Part shown: piece after piece, positions 50,975-64,000 of the stretch | How the letters are laid out: each line of letters begins with the position of its first letter | How positions within the stretch are numbered: the first letter of the stretch is position 1 | DNA from: Camelus dromedarius | Taxonomy: Eukaryota | DNA length: 64,000 nt | NCBI RefSeq assembly: GCF_036321535.1 | Contig: NC_087472.1 | Coordinates: 91,638,001-91,702,000, forward strand | Reading direction: 5' to 3' | Position numbers and translations under genes: made by a program | Notes under the pieces: generated by a model | What the model was told of the DNA's origin: nothing | Database searches by the model: none | Seen by the model: the letters and a program-made list of their open reading frames with translations, nothing else

Positions 50975-51821
50975 TTGAAACCACTTTATTGAGGTATGAT
51001 TTACAGACAAAAAGCTGTACATATTCAATGTATACAACTTGATGAGTTTGGAGAACTATACACACTTAAAACCAATATCATCATCTATGTTATAAACGTA
51101 TCTATCACCTGCAAAACTTTTCTCCCATCCTTAAGACCTACGTTCTCAGTAAATTTTTAATGAGACAATACAGTATTGCTAACTATATGCTCTTTGCTGT
51201 ACAGCTGATGTCTAAAACTTATTCATCTTGCATAACTGAAACTCTCTACCCTTTGACTAACACATCCTCATTAACCCTTCCTCTTGAACCCTGGCAACCA
51301 CCATTCTACTCTCTGACTCTATGAATTTGACTATTTTAGGTTTCTCATGTAAGTCGAATCGTGTTCTATTTGTCCTTCTGGGTCTGCCTTATTTCATTTA
51401 GCATAATGTCCTCCAGGTTGATCCATGTTGTGAAAAATGGCAAGATTCTTTTTAAAGGCTGAATGATATTCCAGTGTATGTACATACCACATATTCTTTG
51501 TCCATTTATCTGCTGACAGACACTTAGGTTGCTTCCATGTTTTGGCTATTATGAGTGATGCTGTAATGAACATGGGAGTACAGATGTCTCTTCGAGATTC
51601 TAATTTCTATTTCTTTGGATATATACCCAGAAGTGGGATTGCTGGATCATATGGTAGATCTATTTTTTAATATTTTTAGATCTTCATACTGTTTTCTATA
51701 GTGGCTGCACCAATTTACATTCCAGCAACAGTGTATAAGGTTCCCTTTCTCCATGCTCTCACTAACATTTATCATTTTTTTGTAATAGTCATCCTAACAT
51801 ATGTGAGGTGATATCTCATTG
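50975..51821 (-). mobile_element. L1MA-like 3' end with probable TSD taaatgctttt
   Basis: ctttattgaggtatgatttacagac 3' terminus; taaatgctttt at 50961 and 51825. Confidence 0.88.
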
Positions 51822-53147
51822 CACTAAATGCTTTTAAAGGGAAAGAAGAACATAGAAAATGGAAGCAGTGTCACAGCAAACTAGAAAGGTTCCTGGGGTT
51901 GTAAGATTTGAGTTTGTCCTCTTCTACAAAGTAGTCATAGGACCTTGTATAAGTCACTTCTCTTCTTCTATGTTAAAGGAGGCATTTGGGTTAGTATTTT
52001 TAAAGCTTCTTTCAACTTCGACAATTGGGAATCCTAACAATGGCTTTAACATCACTGACTGAGTATTAAGGTGGACCCTGGGCTTGGGGTCAGATTTTTC
52101 CATTTACTTTGCGAGTTTTCCTTGCTTCCAATGGGATTTTTTCCTAGTCTTGGGACCCAAACATTCCATGTATCCAGTTTGTAGCAAATGAAATTGATAT
52201 TCTGACACTGGGAATAGCAAAATGGTCTGATAAGGAGTTAAATACTGAAGAAGTGTTGCTTAGGGGAAGCCAGTATATATATACATTTAGTGGAGACAGT
52301 CTGCAAGGTCCTATCAGCTCTTCAGGGGAGCAGTATAGAAAGGCAATACACTCTTTCCACAGTTATAGAAAAGAACTTTTTTTTTTTCCAGTAACAGGCT
52401 AACTTAAAACATAACTTCTATTGTCAAATGCAACTTTCAGGACTACCCACATATCAGAAACAATCAACACTCTCTCAAGGTAAAATGCAATGTGTAATAA
52501 GCTCTCACATTAGTAAATATCTTTTTTCCCCACTGAAATGTCAAGGATAAATTTGCTGAAGTTTTCCTAATCCAGATGTCCTTGAAAATGTTGCCTGTAG
52601 CTGACTGCAGAAAGCCAACCAACGCAAAGCAAACAATGGCTGAAGTTCACAGCATTATTGAAAGCATCCTAAACTTAAGTGATTCCAGTTTCAATAAGAT
52701 TTTCCTCAGTCAAAACCTATGTTTTTCCAGTAATCTCTTCCCCAAATCAAGAAAATATGATTGTCCTAGATGTTTACGTCATTGGTGAGGATGTTATGGT
52801 CCTTAGGCTCAACCTAGCCTTTCATTAAATTAGACCAAGTCCCCAAAGTGTCTATTAAAACCACATTTTAAACTTTCAAAAGGCATTGCCAGTTTTTGAT
52901 GGCAAAAGTCTTACAGGTGGCAAGAAATAGATGCTATTTGAAAATATAGCTATTCTTCCATAAAATAAAATACAACATCCCATTTTTTTAGAATTCAAAA
53001 TTGGATTTTTAAAAATGTTAAAATGAAGCAGAGAGGATTTCAAACATTTTAGTTAGTAAATGTTAGAAATTGGTTTAATATTTAAAATAATTTACTGAAA
53101 TAGTTTTCCATATATTCATATATAAAAATACATACAGATAAAAGAAT

Positions 53148-53632
53148 AAAGAAGATGTGGTGCGTGTGTATATATATATAATGGAATATTAGCCATTAAA
53201 AAGAATGAAATAATGTCATTTGCAGCAACATGGATGGACTTAGTGACTATCACACTAAGTGAAGTAGGTCAGACAGAGAAAGACAAATATCATATATCAC
53301 TTATACATAGAATCTAAAAAAAATGACACAAATGAACTTATATATAAAACAGAAACAGATTCACAGACATTGAAAACAAACTTATGGTTACTGAAGGGGA
53401 AAGGGGGTGAAAGGATAAATTAGGAGTTTGGGATCAGCAGATACAAACTACTATATACAAAATAGATAAATAATAAGGACCTGCTGTAAAGCATAGGGAA
53501 CTATATTCAGTATCTTGTAATAACCTATAATTGAAAAGAATCTGAAAAAAATACACATATATGTATAACTGAATCACTTTGCTGTATACCTGAAACATTG
53601 TAAATCAACTAAATTTCAGTAAAAAAGAAAAC
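53148..53632 (+). mobile_element. L1 3'UTR (artiodactyl type)
   Basis: aaagaagatgtgg...tttgcagcaacatggatggac...aactgaatcactttgctgtatacctgaaac. Confidence 0.9.
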
Positions 53633-53817
53633 CTTTTTTTAAATACATAAATATAATTATAGGATAGGATCCGCACATTGACCTTCGTGTACTTCTATCT
53701 ATTATACTTTCAACTGCTCTTCTCTGTGTATGTCACGTGTGTGTGCATGCACACACGTATATGCCTGTGATCATTCTGTTTCTTCCCTGTCTTTTGGAAT
53801 TTTGGTCAAAATACAAA

Positions 53818-54040
53818 TCAGGTACACTATGGCCTATGGGCCAAATCCAGCCCACTGTCTGCTTTTGTGAATAAGGTTTTATAGAAACCTAGCCATTACC
53901 AATTTGCTTACATAATGTCTAGATCTGCTTTTGCACTACAAAGACAGAACTGAGTATTTGCAACAGACATAAGATAGGGCATATAAAACCTGAAATATTT
54001 ACTATGTGACCCTTTACAGAAAAAAACTTAATGACTCAAT
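53818..54040. mobile_element. MER58-type hAT MITE (further copies at ~57810-58010 and 59644-59770; MER3/33-like element at ~57645-57800)
   Basis: ggcctatgggccaaatccagcccactgtctgcttttgtgaataaggttttat...cctgaaatatttactatgtgaccctttacagaaaaa. Confidence 0.8.
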
Positions 54041-57000
54041 GTTGGTGATAAGTATCTCTCTCAAGAGTTTTTGTTACCGCAGATGTAATGAAGGGATGCA
54101 GGTGTCAGGGAAGTTCCCATAGAGAAGCTACCTGCCACTATTTCCTAAGAGGGAGAACTGTTTCCATATATTGAAAGAAGTTGCTTTAAGCAATTCTTTT
54201 AAATTCCTAGTAAGATATATCTGAGAGTTGTGCTCATTCTTATATGAAATTTATTCCATCAATTAAATTGCAAGCTGAATGGGAGCTGGAATCTTTGAAT
54301 CTTTGTTAGTTATTTTCCTTCCATTCTCCACTGTATCTAGCAGCCTAGCAGTCACACCATTGTTAGAAAGGGATAAGAAGAGATGCTGCCTTGCTTTTTG
54401 TACCTTTGAGGGCCTGCCTTGGTTCTCTATCAATTATGCCCCTGCCTAGGCTGGGAGGTCCACTTGGAACTTAAGTCTTTCTCAACTCATTCTAGCCAAC
54501 ACTTCAGCCTCCAAGGTATATGCGGGCTTTTTAAATTGGCTACATGCATTTTAGGGTGGATACTCTGCTGGAACGTGCACCCCTAGGTCTGAGAATTGGC
54601 TAAGGAGTGGCTGTTGGCAGAGAGGCAGGTAGATGGAGGTTGGAGTTTGGATGTGTGGGCTGAGTGCCCACCTGATTATGTATGTGACCCTGTTTGGAAA
54701 CAGAGCCAAGGTGAGGGGAGGGAAAGCAGGTCAAGGCTGGAGACCAGGCCTTTCTTTACTGCTCAGGGTAGGGGGACAAAACATTATTCTTTCTTTGCTA
54801 GCTTGATTTACAGCTTTCTCAGGGACCCACAAATTTTAGATGTGGCTTGGCCTAGCAGACTGCCTTATTTAATAAAGGAAGTTAAAGTAATTTTATGAAT
54901 TGATTTATAATTTGAAAATATGGAATGTTCTAAAAATATTATACTTATATTATTATAAAAATTTTTACATATAACTAAGGAGTTTTTCTAGTTGCTGCAA
55001 AATACTTAATATGTTTATTACATAAATAACGTTAATATATAATACACAATATATTATAATTCTAGATAAATGAATGCAATGATTATCAGACTTTAGTTTT
55101 CATTAAAATTAATGAGAGTGTTTATTTAAAATGCCGTCAGAAATACTTCAAGAGTCTTGGCACCTAGCTCAGACTCCTAAATAACTACTAAGAGATTTTT
55201 CTTCTGTTGTACAGCATGTGCCTAGCTGAACTATTCTCCTGTGTATGCATTATGTCTGTGGCATTGGAACCACATGATTACACCTAGATTCAGTTGTTTC
55301 TGTGAGTCAGCAGTGGATCTAGATGGATTTTTCACCTCTCTGGGGGAGAGAGAAAAGGTGTAAGGAGGCCCTTTCTGGGAAAATATGTACCTAACATACT
55401 CCAAGGTAGAAGCCCAATTCTGAAAGACCAACCAATATTCCCCCCATACAAACATCTATACCTGGGGTCCTCCCAGATATAAGCCTAAGGGAAGTCTGAA
55501 GGCTTCCCACACATCTATTATGGCTGAGGGACAATCAAGATCATTTTGTGCTGTACGTTTTTTTTTAATTGTCTGAAACATATACACGTAACCACGTATG
55601 ATAAATGCTTTATCTATATACTACTTTTGACAACATTTCACCATTGGTAAATAACTCTTGTAGAGTGTATGGGACTTTTCTCCTGAAGTTTGATGCATGA
55701 ACATTGTGGCACTGGGTACACACAGAAAACCAAAGTTTCATGAATAGGTTATCTGATTCTACTTCAAAGTAAAACTTTAGCACTTTAGCAAGCTTGCAAA
55801 AAGGAACTTTTATAGAGAAAGCAATCTTTATGCTAATTTTCTTTGTGGTAATGTTACCCAGATGGCTCAAAAGAGTTAGTGTACCTCCCTAATGTCCAAC
55901 TTACTACTAGCAAGGTGCGGAGGAACTATGGAGTAAAGAGCCCAGTATCAGCCCAGTTAAGTCAGCATATTTGCAGCAAATCATATACCCTCGTTTATGT
56001 AAGTCCTGCAATGCCTATGAATCCTTCTGTTCAGAGAATTTACAGCTTAAAGGGTGAACAGACTGACTTATATTAGATATTTGTTTTCCAAGCTTTGTGT
56101 TTAAAATACCCACTTGTTTAGTCCTGAAAAAATAGCTGCATTAAACATGTGCACATCCTGTCTTTCAGATCCAGATTGATTTGCAAAGTGTACTTTTGCT
56201 TCTTGCCCTATAATTGTACAGAATGGCTATCATCCCAACTACTGTTAATGTAGCATTGTTAGCGCAAACAAAAATTCTATGGTAAATACAAATTAATTAA
56301 TGAATTCATTTAAAAGCCTACCTCCTGCATTGTTCAAAGGGGTCACTGTCCTGATTTTCTGCTAATTTCCATAGATAACTTATTTCACATTTAAATAGTA
56401 GCAAATCTCATAAAGAAGCTCTGAAAGCACAGGAAAATAATAAAACTAATGAAAAGTAATAAAAAAAGTAGTCCCTCATGAGGAAGGGAAGAGTGGGACC
56501 TGGTTGAGCCTGTGACAAAGGTAGGAGGGATATATTTTGCTATATTTTTAAAAATATTTTTTTGTTTAGAACAACCTATAACTATATACAGCAAAATGGA
56601 TTAGGTGAATCTCACAAACAAAAGAATCCAGATATAGTATATACATGATTGACTCAGTTTATGTAAAGTAAGAAACCAAAAATGAAAAAAAAAATGAAAA
56701 GCAGAAAAAAAACTGACCTATACAGTTAAAAGTAAGGATGCTGCTTCCCACCTGCCCTGGTGGGAATGATCCACATGCTGGTTCCATGGCTGTGCTGAGC
56801 TTGTGAAAAATGCATCAAGTTTTTGTATGTGTACTTTCCTACAATATAAACTATCCATAAAACACAGTCCTACCTTAGAACTGTGTGATCCAGGATATAA
56901 AGAGTTACTTCAGCTCTAGGAGAGTGAATTTGTCAAAGCAATCCATAGTTTTCCAAAGCCGTGGAACATATCTATAGAATGTGACAAATACTACTTTCTG

Positions 57001-58529
57001 TTTGAAGCATTAACTATAATTCAAGATCCAGTCAGAGCTCAATGAACTGTGAGCAAGATTTCACAGGATTGTGGCAAAGCTGCTTCTTGAATCCCATAAG
57101 CATAAATCCACAGGTTTATTGTTCAGTAAGTGCCCACTTCATTGTGCAATGAAATGACCCCTGTTCAGCTGGTTTTGAAAAGCAAACTTTAAAAAGGAAA
57201 GTGGGGGGCATGGAAACTCAGCTTGCTAAAATTGAGTCATCAACTGCGAATACGTGAGAATTTTGGAGCTGACAGTGCTAGTAAAGTGAAAAAGCCTACT
57301 GAGAAAGAAAACTTAAGCTCCAATCTTGATGAGACCTGTACTAGTACCTAAGACCACCTGTAGATGTCTGAATTATTGGCAGAGATGCTGCAGCTCATGA
57401 ACTGCGATGCCCAGGGAGAAATAATGGTTTGTCTCCTCCATATGTATTATGCTCAGCCAACCACACCGAAAGCAAAAGGGAAGCTGTCAGGTTCACTGGG
57501 AAGGCAAAACATATGTTGTTCTCACTTCCACTGTTTCCAACATTGTGTTTCCCAATGAATAAGCAGCTGGGGCAGAAATGTTGGCAGAAACATGATTAAG
57601 TGGTCAGGGGTTTGCCAAGATAGGCCAAACAACATCATGTAGTGTCCAGTATGGTAGTCACTAGCCACATATGCCTATCTGAATGTAAGTAAAATAAAAT
57701 TCATATTCTCAAAAGCACTAGCCATGTATAGTTACCATACTGGATATCTCTGATTATAGAATATTTTCATCCTGCAGGAAGTTCCATTTGACAACACTGC
57801 CTTAGATCAAAGCTCAGAAAACTAAGTCCCATGGGCTAAATCCAGGTTGCCATCTGTTTCTGTAAATAAAGTTTTATTGAAACATTCATTTATGCAGTAT
57901 TTCTGACTGCTTTTGCACTAGAATGGCAGAATTGGGTAGTTGCGATGGAAACTGAGTACAAAGCCTAAAGTGTTGAGTAAGTGGCCCTTTTCAGAAAATG
58001 CTAACTCTTGCTTTAGTCTATTCTTGATCATGTCAGATAGACACTGTGTGGAAATATTCAAAGACTTTGTGGAAATACCAGAGGCATTAAATTCTTTCAC
58101 TCAGGAGACTATAAGACCACTCCTTCAGGTTCTAACTAGTAACTAGAAATGTGAATTAAGGGACCTACCTGACTCCTAAAAATTCTGCTTAGTTACAAGT
58201 AGGGACTGATTCCCTGTGGAAGAAACTCAGTTCCACCACTGAGCACCAGTTTGATGCCCAACAGTACGCTTAGTGCTGAGGTTTGAAGGAGTAACACAAA
58301 CCTGCCCCCAAAGCACTTTCTGTTACTTAGAAAGACATAGCAAATTATTTGGCTTCTGTTTTCAGCCTATGTAAATCAGTGCTTAGAGATCTGCTACTCT
58401 ATAAGTACACATTTATGAACAAGAACCCGGAGATGCAGCTTTCCTGCATACATGGCGCTGGGGTGAAGATGATAGCAACCACGGTGCTCCTTCCTCCCAG
58501 GCTGATGCATGCCTGAAGGTGGTGGAATC

Positions 58530-59000
58530 AAAGTTTAGGTTCCCCAGGAAACAGATGCCAAGATGAGGATTTAAGTGCCAGCAGTTTATTTGCTAGGTGA
58601 TCCTGGAACAAAAGTGGGAAAATGAGCCCGGGAAGGGAAGGAAGCCAAGACAGATTGTGTTAATGAGCATATTTTTGCTGTGGGCAACAGTAGCTGAATC
58701 CCACTGGGGATCTCTGGGAGATGGTGTAGAGCACACCTCAGGGTTTTCCCACCCAAGGGGCAAGCGAGCAGGGGTGTTCATCCACCAATTCCTGTCTGCA
58801 ACTGTTGAGGGCTGCTCCCAAAGGCATCAATTCTACTCTCCCCTAACACAAGCACCTCAGGCCTGTCCTGCACATGAGCTGAGTATGTTCACATGGTTAG
58901 ACAAAGTCCCTGAGTAGAGTCACAGGTGGCAGCAAGGGAAGCAAGCCTCTGAGGTGCTCCGCCTGCACTGAAGTGAATCAGTCTCCCCGGAAGTGACATA
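58530..59000 (-). mobile_element. ERVL solo LTR (LTR33/LTR16 group)
   Basis: ttaggttccccaggaaacagatgccaagatgaggattt...gtttatttgctaggtgatcc is the reverse of this LTR group's 3' end. Confidence 0.7.
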
Positions 59001-59551
59001 AGGCTGCACTGACCCCTTCGAGATTTGAAGGCTCTGACAGCTTCTGGTGATTCCAGCTGCCTGGCCCTGAGAGACTGCTGGCAGCGGAAGAAAAAGTGGC
59101 TGTAAAACCTCTTTACTGACCATATCGACCTTGTTCATCACTGTGTGCCCAGCAGAATGCCAGGGATATAGTAGGTGGTTAATGTGCCTTCATGAAATCA
59201 GTGAGTAATGAGCATTTGTTGCAGATTTTCTCAAAAATCACTGAACTTATTTGTTCAGAAAATATTTTAAAGGTACATAACTGCAGCAGACTGGATTTCA
59301 TGCAGTAACTAGGCTATGCAAGATATCACATTACTTTACTTTGCGAAGTTTAAAATCAATTTGATTATAAGTTCCCATCATGCTGTTGACCTATGGTCCA
59401 AGCCTGTGTGTTCCCTTGAAAAGGTCCTCGGGGGCCAGGAATTTTGTTGGCAGTAGTACCCCAATTTCTCAGTTCCAGACTCTGAGTTACATAATTCTGC
59501 TGGTCCCCTCCGAGGTCTTGTGCGGATGTTGTCATTTGTTGTCATTTTCTC

Positions 59552-59643
59552 TTTTTTTTTTTTAAACTATGCTTTTAAAAAACTGGAGGTACTGGGGATT
59601 GAACCCAGGACGTTGTGCATGCTAAGCATGCACTCTATCACTG
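59552..59643 (-). mobile_element. Camelid tRNA-derived SINE (Vic-1 type), lacking its extreme 5' end
   Basis: Minus strand cagtgatagagtgcatgcttagcatgcacaacgtcctgggttcaatccccagtacctcc followed by an A-rich tail; B box GGTTCAATCC. Confidence 0.88.
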
Positions 59644-60279
59644 GCCATTTGTTTATGTATTGTCTCTGGCTGCCTTCTTGCCACAATGCCAGAGTTGAAT
59701 AGCTGTGACAGAGACTGTCTGGCTCACAAAGCCTAAAATGTTTAGTATCTGTTCCTTTACAGGCCACTGCTCCATCCTTCTTGCTGTTCTATACAGTCCC
59801 TTACTTAACTCTGAAACATGAATTAGATGAGACTTTAGTCTCAGACATCCCTGGGGACCAGCCAGTAAGGAATATGAGTCTAGTGCAAATGGATAAGCTT
59901 ACATGGCGTGAGTGGCTGGGACTGTGGTCAAGTGGAGAGAATATGTCTGTCTAAAAGGGATAATTGCTATTCAGCTTCTTCTTTGCAGATCTACAAGCGT
60001 AGTCATGCCAAAATTTCCCTTTTTGCAAAACATGCTGTGTTTTTAAAAACAAATTATGTTTTAAATGTGAAATAGAACAGATTTAAGAGTTGACTAGAAA
60101 CCAAAAAAAGAACACTCCATGAGGGCTAATGTTGATACATCTGTGGGACATTTCCATCATCTCTGTACTACAAAGATTCTGAGAAGATGGATAAAACCAG
60201 TTACATAGTAAGAAAATGAAAAACAATCCTGAGAGTTGAGATGTCCCAACTGAACATAACATACAGGGTATATAAACAG

Positions 60280-60610
60280 AATATATACAGAGTGTACATA
60301 AACAATGATAAGACAGAACCGAAGAGGAAAGGACGCTCTGTAACAGTAAAGTGACTAAATGACTCCCTCTTCTGTCTAATATGTGCGTCTTCACTAACAA
60401 CAACTCTAGCATTGCTTTAATTTTCCTGCCTCTTAGATAAAAGTTTTCAAGATACCCAATCGCCAAGTGGCTTCCGCTTTCTGACAGCATCCAGTTCAGA
60501 AATGGCCTCTGTGTCTTTAAACCTTCCTTAGAATCACCCAGCACAAGCCCAATTCCTTATGGTTCCTCTGATATGTGTTCTTCTGAGCTACAAGTATTCC
60601 AGGTGGTCTG
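60280..60610. mobile_element. Probable old ERV LTR fragment
   Basis: ctgacagcatccagttcagaaatggcc...aaaccttccttagaatcacccagcacaagcccaa resembles MER-class ERV LTRs; family not resolved. Confidence 0.45.
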
Positions 60611-61844
60611 TGGCTGGTGAGTTTCAACAAAAGGTAAGAAAAGGCTTCATTCATGAAGTTAGCATTTGAGGTTGGTCTCGAAAGATGTGTTATTTTAGCC
60701 ATTGAGGATATATGGAAGAGGTGTGCATGGAGAATGGCATACACACAGTGAGGCAGTAGGGACAGGAGTCTTTAAGGGACAGTAAGCCCCATAATATGTC
60801 AAGAATTCAGGTTACTAGTAGGCAGAGTAATAGAGAAAGCTAGAAAGTATGGGGGGGGGGTCATATTGCAAAAAGCTTTGTCTATCAGGTCAAGGATACT
60901 GACAAGCCAAGGGGAGCCTCTGAAAAGAGAAGATGGATGCTCAGAGCTATGCATTAGGCCATTAGCATTTCTTTGAATATCCCCGTGGGCAAATCCATAG
61001 TGAAGTACTTTCTGGAGACTGAAAAATCACTTAGTCCTCTTAGAAGCAGCAGTGAGAGGGGGGACTTGGCTTAACTAAAAAAACTTTCACAAAAATCCAG
61101 CTGCTAGTAATAATTGAATATTTCCTCTTTTGACTTGTGTTGTTTTGGTGAGCCCCAGAATAGCAGTTTAAAGCATTTAATTGGTTTTCCTCTGTTCAAT
61201 TTTATTAAGCTGTCCTGGGCTCTTGGGTTGGCAAACTTAGCATTTTTTTTTTTTTAAAGCTGAGCTTGCTTTCTCTAGAAGGTTTTCCTCCAGTTTATTC
61301 AGCTTAACTTCTCATATCTGATGCTGAACACTCACCAGCTGCTGGGCATGCAGGAAAAAAAGAAAAAAAAGATTTCAGTAATGGTATCTGAAGTTTTCTA
61401 TTTTGCCTCAGAATATGTGCAGCTCAAAGAAAAACAGTGTGAACAAGTTTCCCTCTGCTGTTGGACAATATGCCCAGTAATTAACTTATTGTGAATGCCT
61501 GAGGGTATCACTGTCTTCCATAGCAGGCAATGATAGAATAAAACAGCAGGCAGGGGCTCCGGAGAACCAGCCAGTAACACTGCTCTGCTTCTGACCAGCT
61601 GTGTGATCATGCATGTAATGATTTTGATGATTGACATCCCAACATCCATTTCTTCTCAGTGATTACTCCGAATCAAATGATTACTCCCAACCCTGTCTGC
61701 ATACCAGAATCACCTCTGCCACCAGCTAATACTTCACATACAATTAATGAGACACAGCCAGGGTGGAGGGCCTCTGGTGTAAGCTAATCATTGTTATGAA
61801 ATAGGGGATACAAGCAGTGAGCTTTCACAGCTCTCAGAACAGCT

Positions 61845-62010
61845 AGATATATGAATGAGGCCATCCTAGATAAACTAGTCACCCGTGCAGTCTCAGCCCC
61901 GATTAGCCATGCCAGCTGAGATCTGACAACCCATACCATCATGCGATAAGTTGCAGATTAAAGTCACTAAGTCTTAGGGTGGTTTGTTACACAGCAGTCA
62001 GTAAGAATCA
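61845..62010. mobile_element. MLT1 (MaLR) LTR 3' fragment
   Basis: aaagtcactaagtcttagggtggtttgttacacagca terminal motif. Confidence 0.7.
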
Positions 62011-62493
62011 GGTATCCTTTGCTATTAAGTCTCACTGATCAATCACCAACAATGGAATGATTACTAGGTTTAGTTATTAACTAGTGCTCATTTTTCCTAT
62101 TGGCCTAGTGGTGGGGCAGTCATCTTGCTAATAACCAGAGCTAAGGGAAACTCCAACAGCCAGAGTTCTGATACCCTGTGAAGACCACCATTTCTTCTTG
62201 TGCGAAATAATGAAACTCTTTATTGTATAAATCAGGGAGAGCCAAACTTTTCTGATACTTGCTGCTTAAAACATATTAATTTTTCAACGGCTAAGTCACA
62301 TACCTCTCCGGGCCTTAATTTCTTTATGTATAAAATGTAAGTCTTGAATTAGATGATTGCTGAAGTTATTTCCACTATTAACATTTATGATTTTAATGAT
62401 ACTGTTGATAAGGGCAGCAATTTGGTTGCTGATTATGGCAGAGGGTCTATACACTAGCAAAAAGCTTAAACATTGACAAATATTTAGCTTTGT

Positions 62494-63019
62494 GTATTAG
62501 TTTTATATTGCTGCTGTAACAGATTGCTACAAACAGTAGTTTAAAACAATACAAATTTAGCATCTTCCAGTTCTGTGGTTTGGAAGTTCAATATAGGTCT
62601 CATTGGGCTAAGAACAAGGTGTAGGCAGGGACTGTACTCCTTTCTGGAGCCTCTAGGGAAAGAATTCGCTTCTTTGTCTTTTCCAAGTTTAAAGACTGTT
62701 GGCCTTCTTTGTCTTGCGGCCCCCTTCCTCCAGCTTCAAAGTCAGCAAAGACAGGTTGAGTTCTTCTCATATCACATCTCTCTGACCCTTCTGTCATCAC
62801 ATTTCTTTCTGACCACAGCCCACAAAAGTCCTCTGCTTTTAAGGACTTACTTGATTAGACTGGGTCCACTAGAGAATCCAGAAAAATCTTTCTAGCTCAA
62901 GGTCTTTGGCAAACCCTTAATCACATCTTCAAAGTCCCTTTCACCATATACGGTAACATATTTAGTTTCTGGGGATTAGAGCACAACATCTTTGGGGGCC
63001 CATTATTCTTCCTACCACA
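62494..63019. mobile_element. MLT1 (MLT1D-like) solo LTR
   Basis: tgtattagttttatattgctgctgtaacagattgctacaaac...tttgggggcccattattcttcctaccaca. Confidence 0.88.
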
Positions 63020-63769
63020 ATTGTCTTAGCAAATGTGTTTACTAAGCATTGTAGTACATATATATTGATTTTTAAAATCTTAAATAACATATTTTAAAAT
63101 CCCCAATCATGGAGCTAACAGAAAATCTTGAAAGCACTGAAAAGCACAAGGAAAATTGTAAAATTATCTATAACCTATTATCCAAGGTTAGGCAGAGTAC
63201 CATTTTAGCATGTGTCCTTTAGCATCTATGAATATATTTCTGATAAAAAATGGATTCATACTATACATATAAATGTTCACTAACTTCTCTTTTCACTTAC
63301 CACTAAATTATGAACGTGTAGAAAATGTGCCTTAATTTTATTGACTACATGGCATTCCATCATATAGATAGGACTGACATGGTTTGCTTAATGAATCCCT
63401 TATTTTTAGACATTTACACTACTAATAAACATTCACTCTTATCAATAGCAAACATTTGTGCACAAACATTTGTACATAAATAGTTGGGTACAGTCTTTAA
63501 GATCAAAATGAAATAGTGATTAAAATCTTGGGTTTTAGAGTTAGATTTTCTAGAATTGGAATTTTACCCCTTTTAAATGCTCTTACTCTCATGATTCTCA
63601 ATGCAGGGTATCAGAATCACCTGTTATGCTAATGAAAATATGAGTTCCTGGCATCACCTAGATCTAATCCATATGAATCTGGTTTCAGTACATGCATTTA
63701 ATCATTTTGAGCAGTCATTAGAAGGAAGCTAAACTTTGTTGTGCATTTACTATTCACTATATTTATATT

Positions 63770-64000
63770 TTCCCCAACTTATGATGGCTCAACTTACAAT
63801 TTTTTGACTTCACGATGGTGGAAAAGCAATACACATTCAGTAGAATTGTACTTCGAATTTTGAATTTTGATCTTTGTCCAGGGATAATGCAGCCCAATAC
63901 TCCCTTGTGATGCTGGCAGAGACAGCAGCTCCTAGTCAGCCACTCGATTGTGAGGGTAAACAACTAATACACTTACAGCCATTCTGTACCATTCTATACC
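63770..64000 (+). mobile_element. MER47/Tigger5-type TcMar element, runs off the window end
   Basis: ccccaacttatgatggctcaacttacaattttttgacttcacgatggtg...cattcagtagaa...ttcgaattttgaattttgatc. Confidence 0.75.

Noticed and set aside
53734..53760. Palindrome gtgtgtgcatgcacacac
   Set aside because: Juxtaposed TG/CA microsatellite, a common low-complexity pattern.
59582..59643. tRNA-like sequence with a B box
   Set aside because: Incomplete cloverleaf followed by an A-rich tail; matches a camelid SINE, not a tRNA gene.

Overview
Mammalian genomic DNA, almost certainly camelid (a Vic-1-type tRNA-derived SINE and camelid-type young L1 3' ends), and by gene content the X-linked MAGE-B cluster and its upstream flank. 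Bases ~3.2-15.4 kb hold three tandem, minus-strand MAGE-B cassettes: a C-terminal remnant (3612-~3735), a near-intact MAGEB2-like ORF (8357-9385) broken by one in-frame TAG and preceded by a CpG-rich first exon/promoter (~11.2-11.6 kb), and an old decayed MAGE pseudogene (13824-14712). The remaining ~48 kb is AT-rich, repeat-dense intergenic DNA (L1, L2, MIR, MaLR/ERVL LTRs, Tigger and hAT elements) with no credible coding gene. I found no new biological system. The best second-look signals are the single-lesion stop/restart MAGEB ORF, a 102-bp near-identical conversion tract between gene and pseudogene, ~210-bp degenerate promoter/exon arrays, a two-piece templated duplication linking 41 kb and 62 kb, and an inverted pair of young L1s sharing a stop codon. 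Repeat family names are from recognition by eye and boundaries are approximate unless stated.
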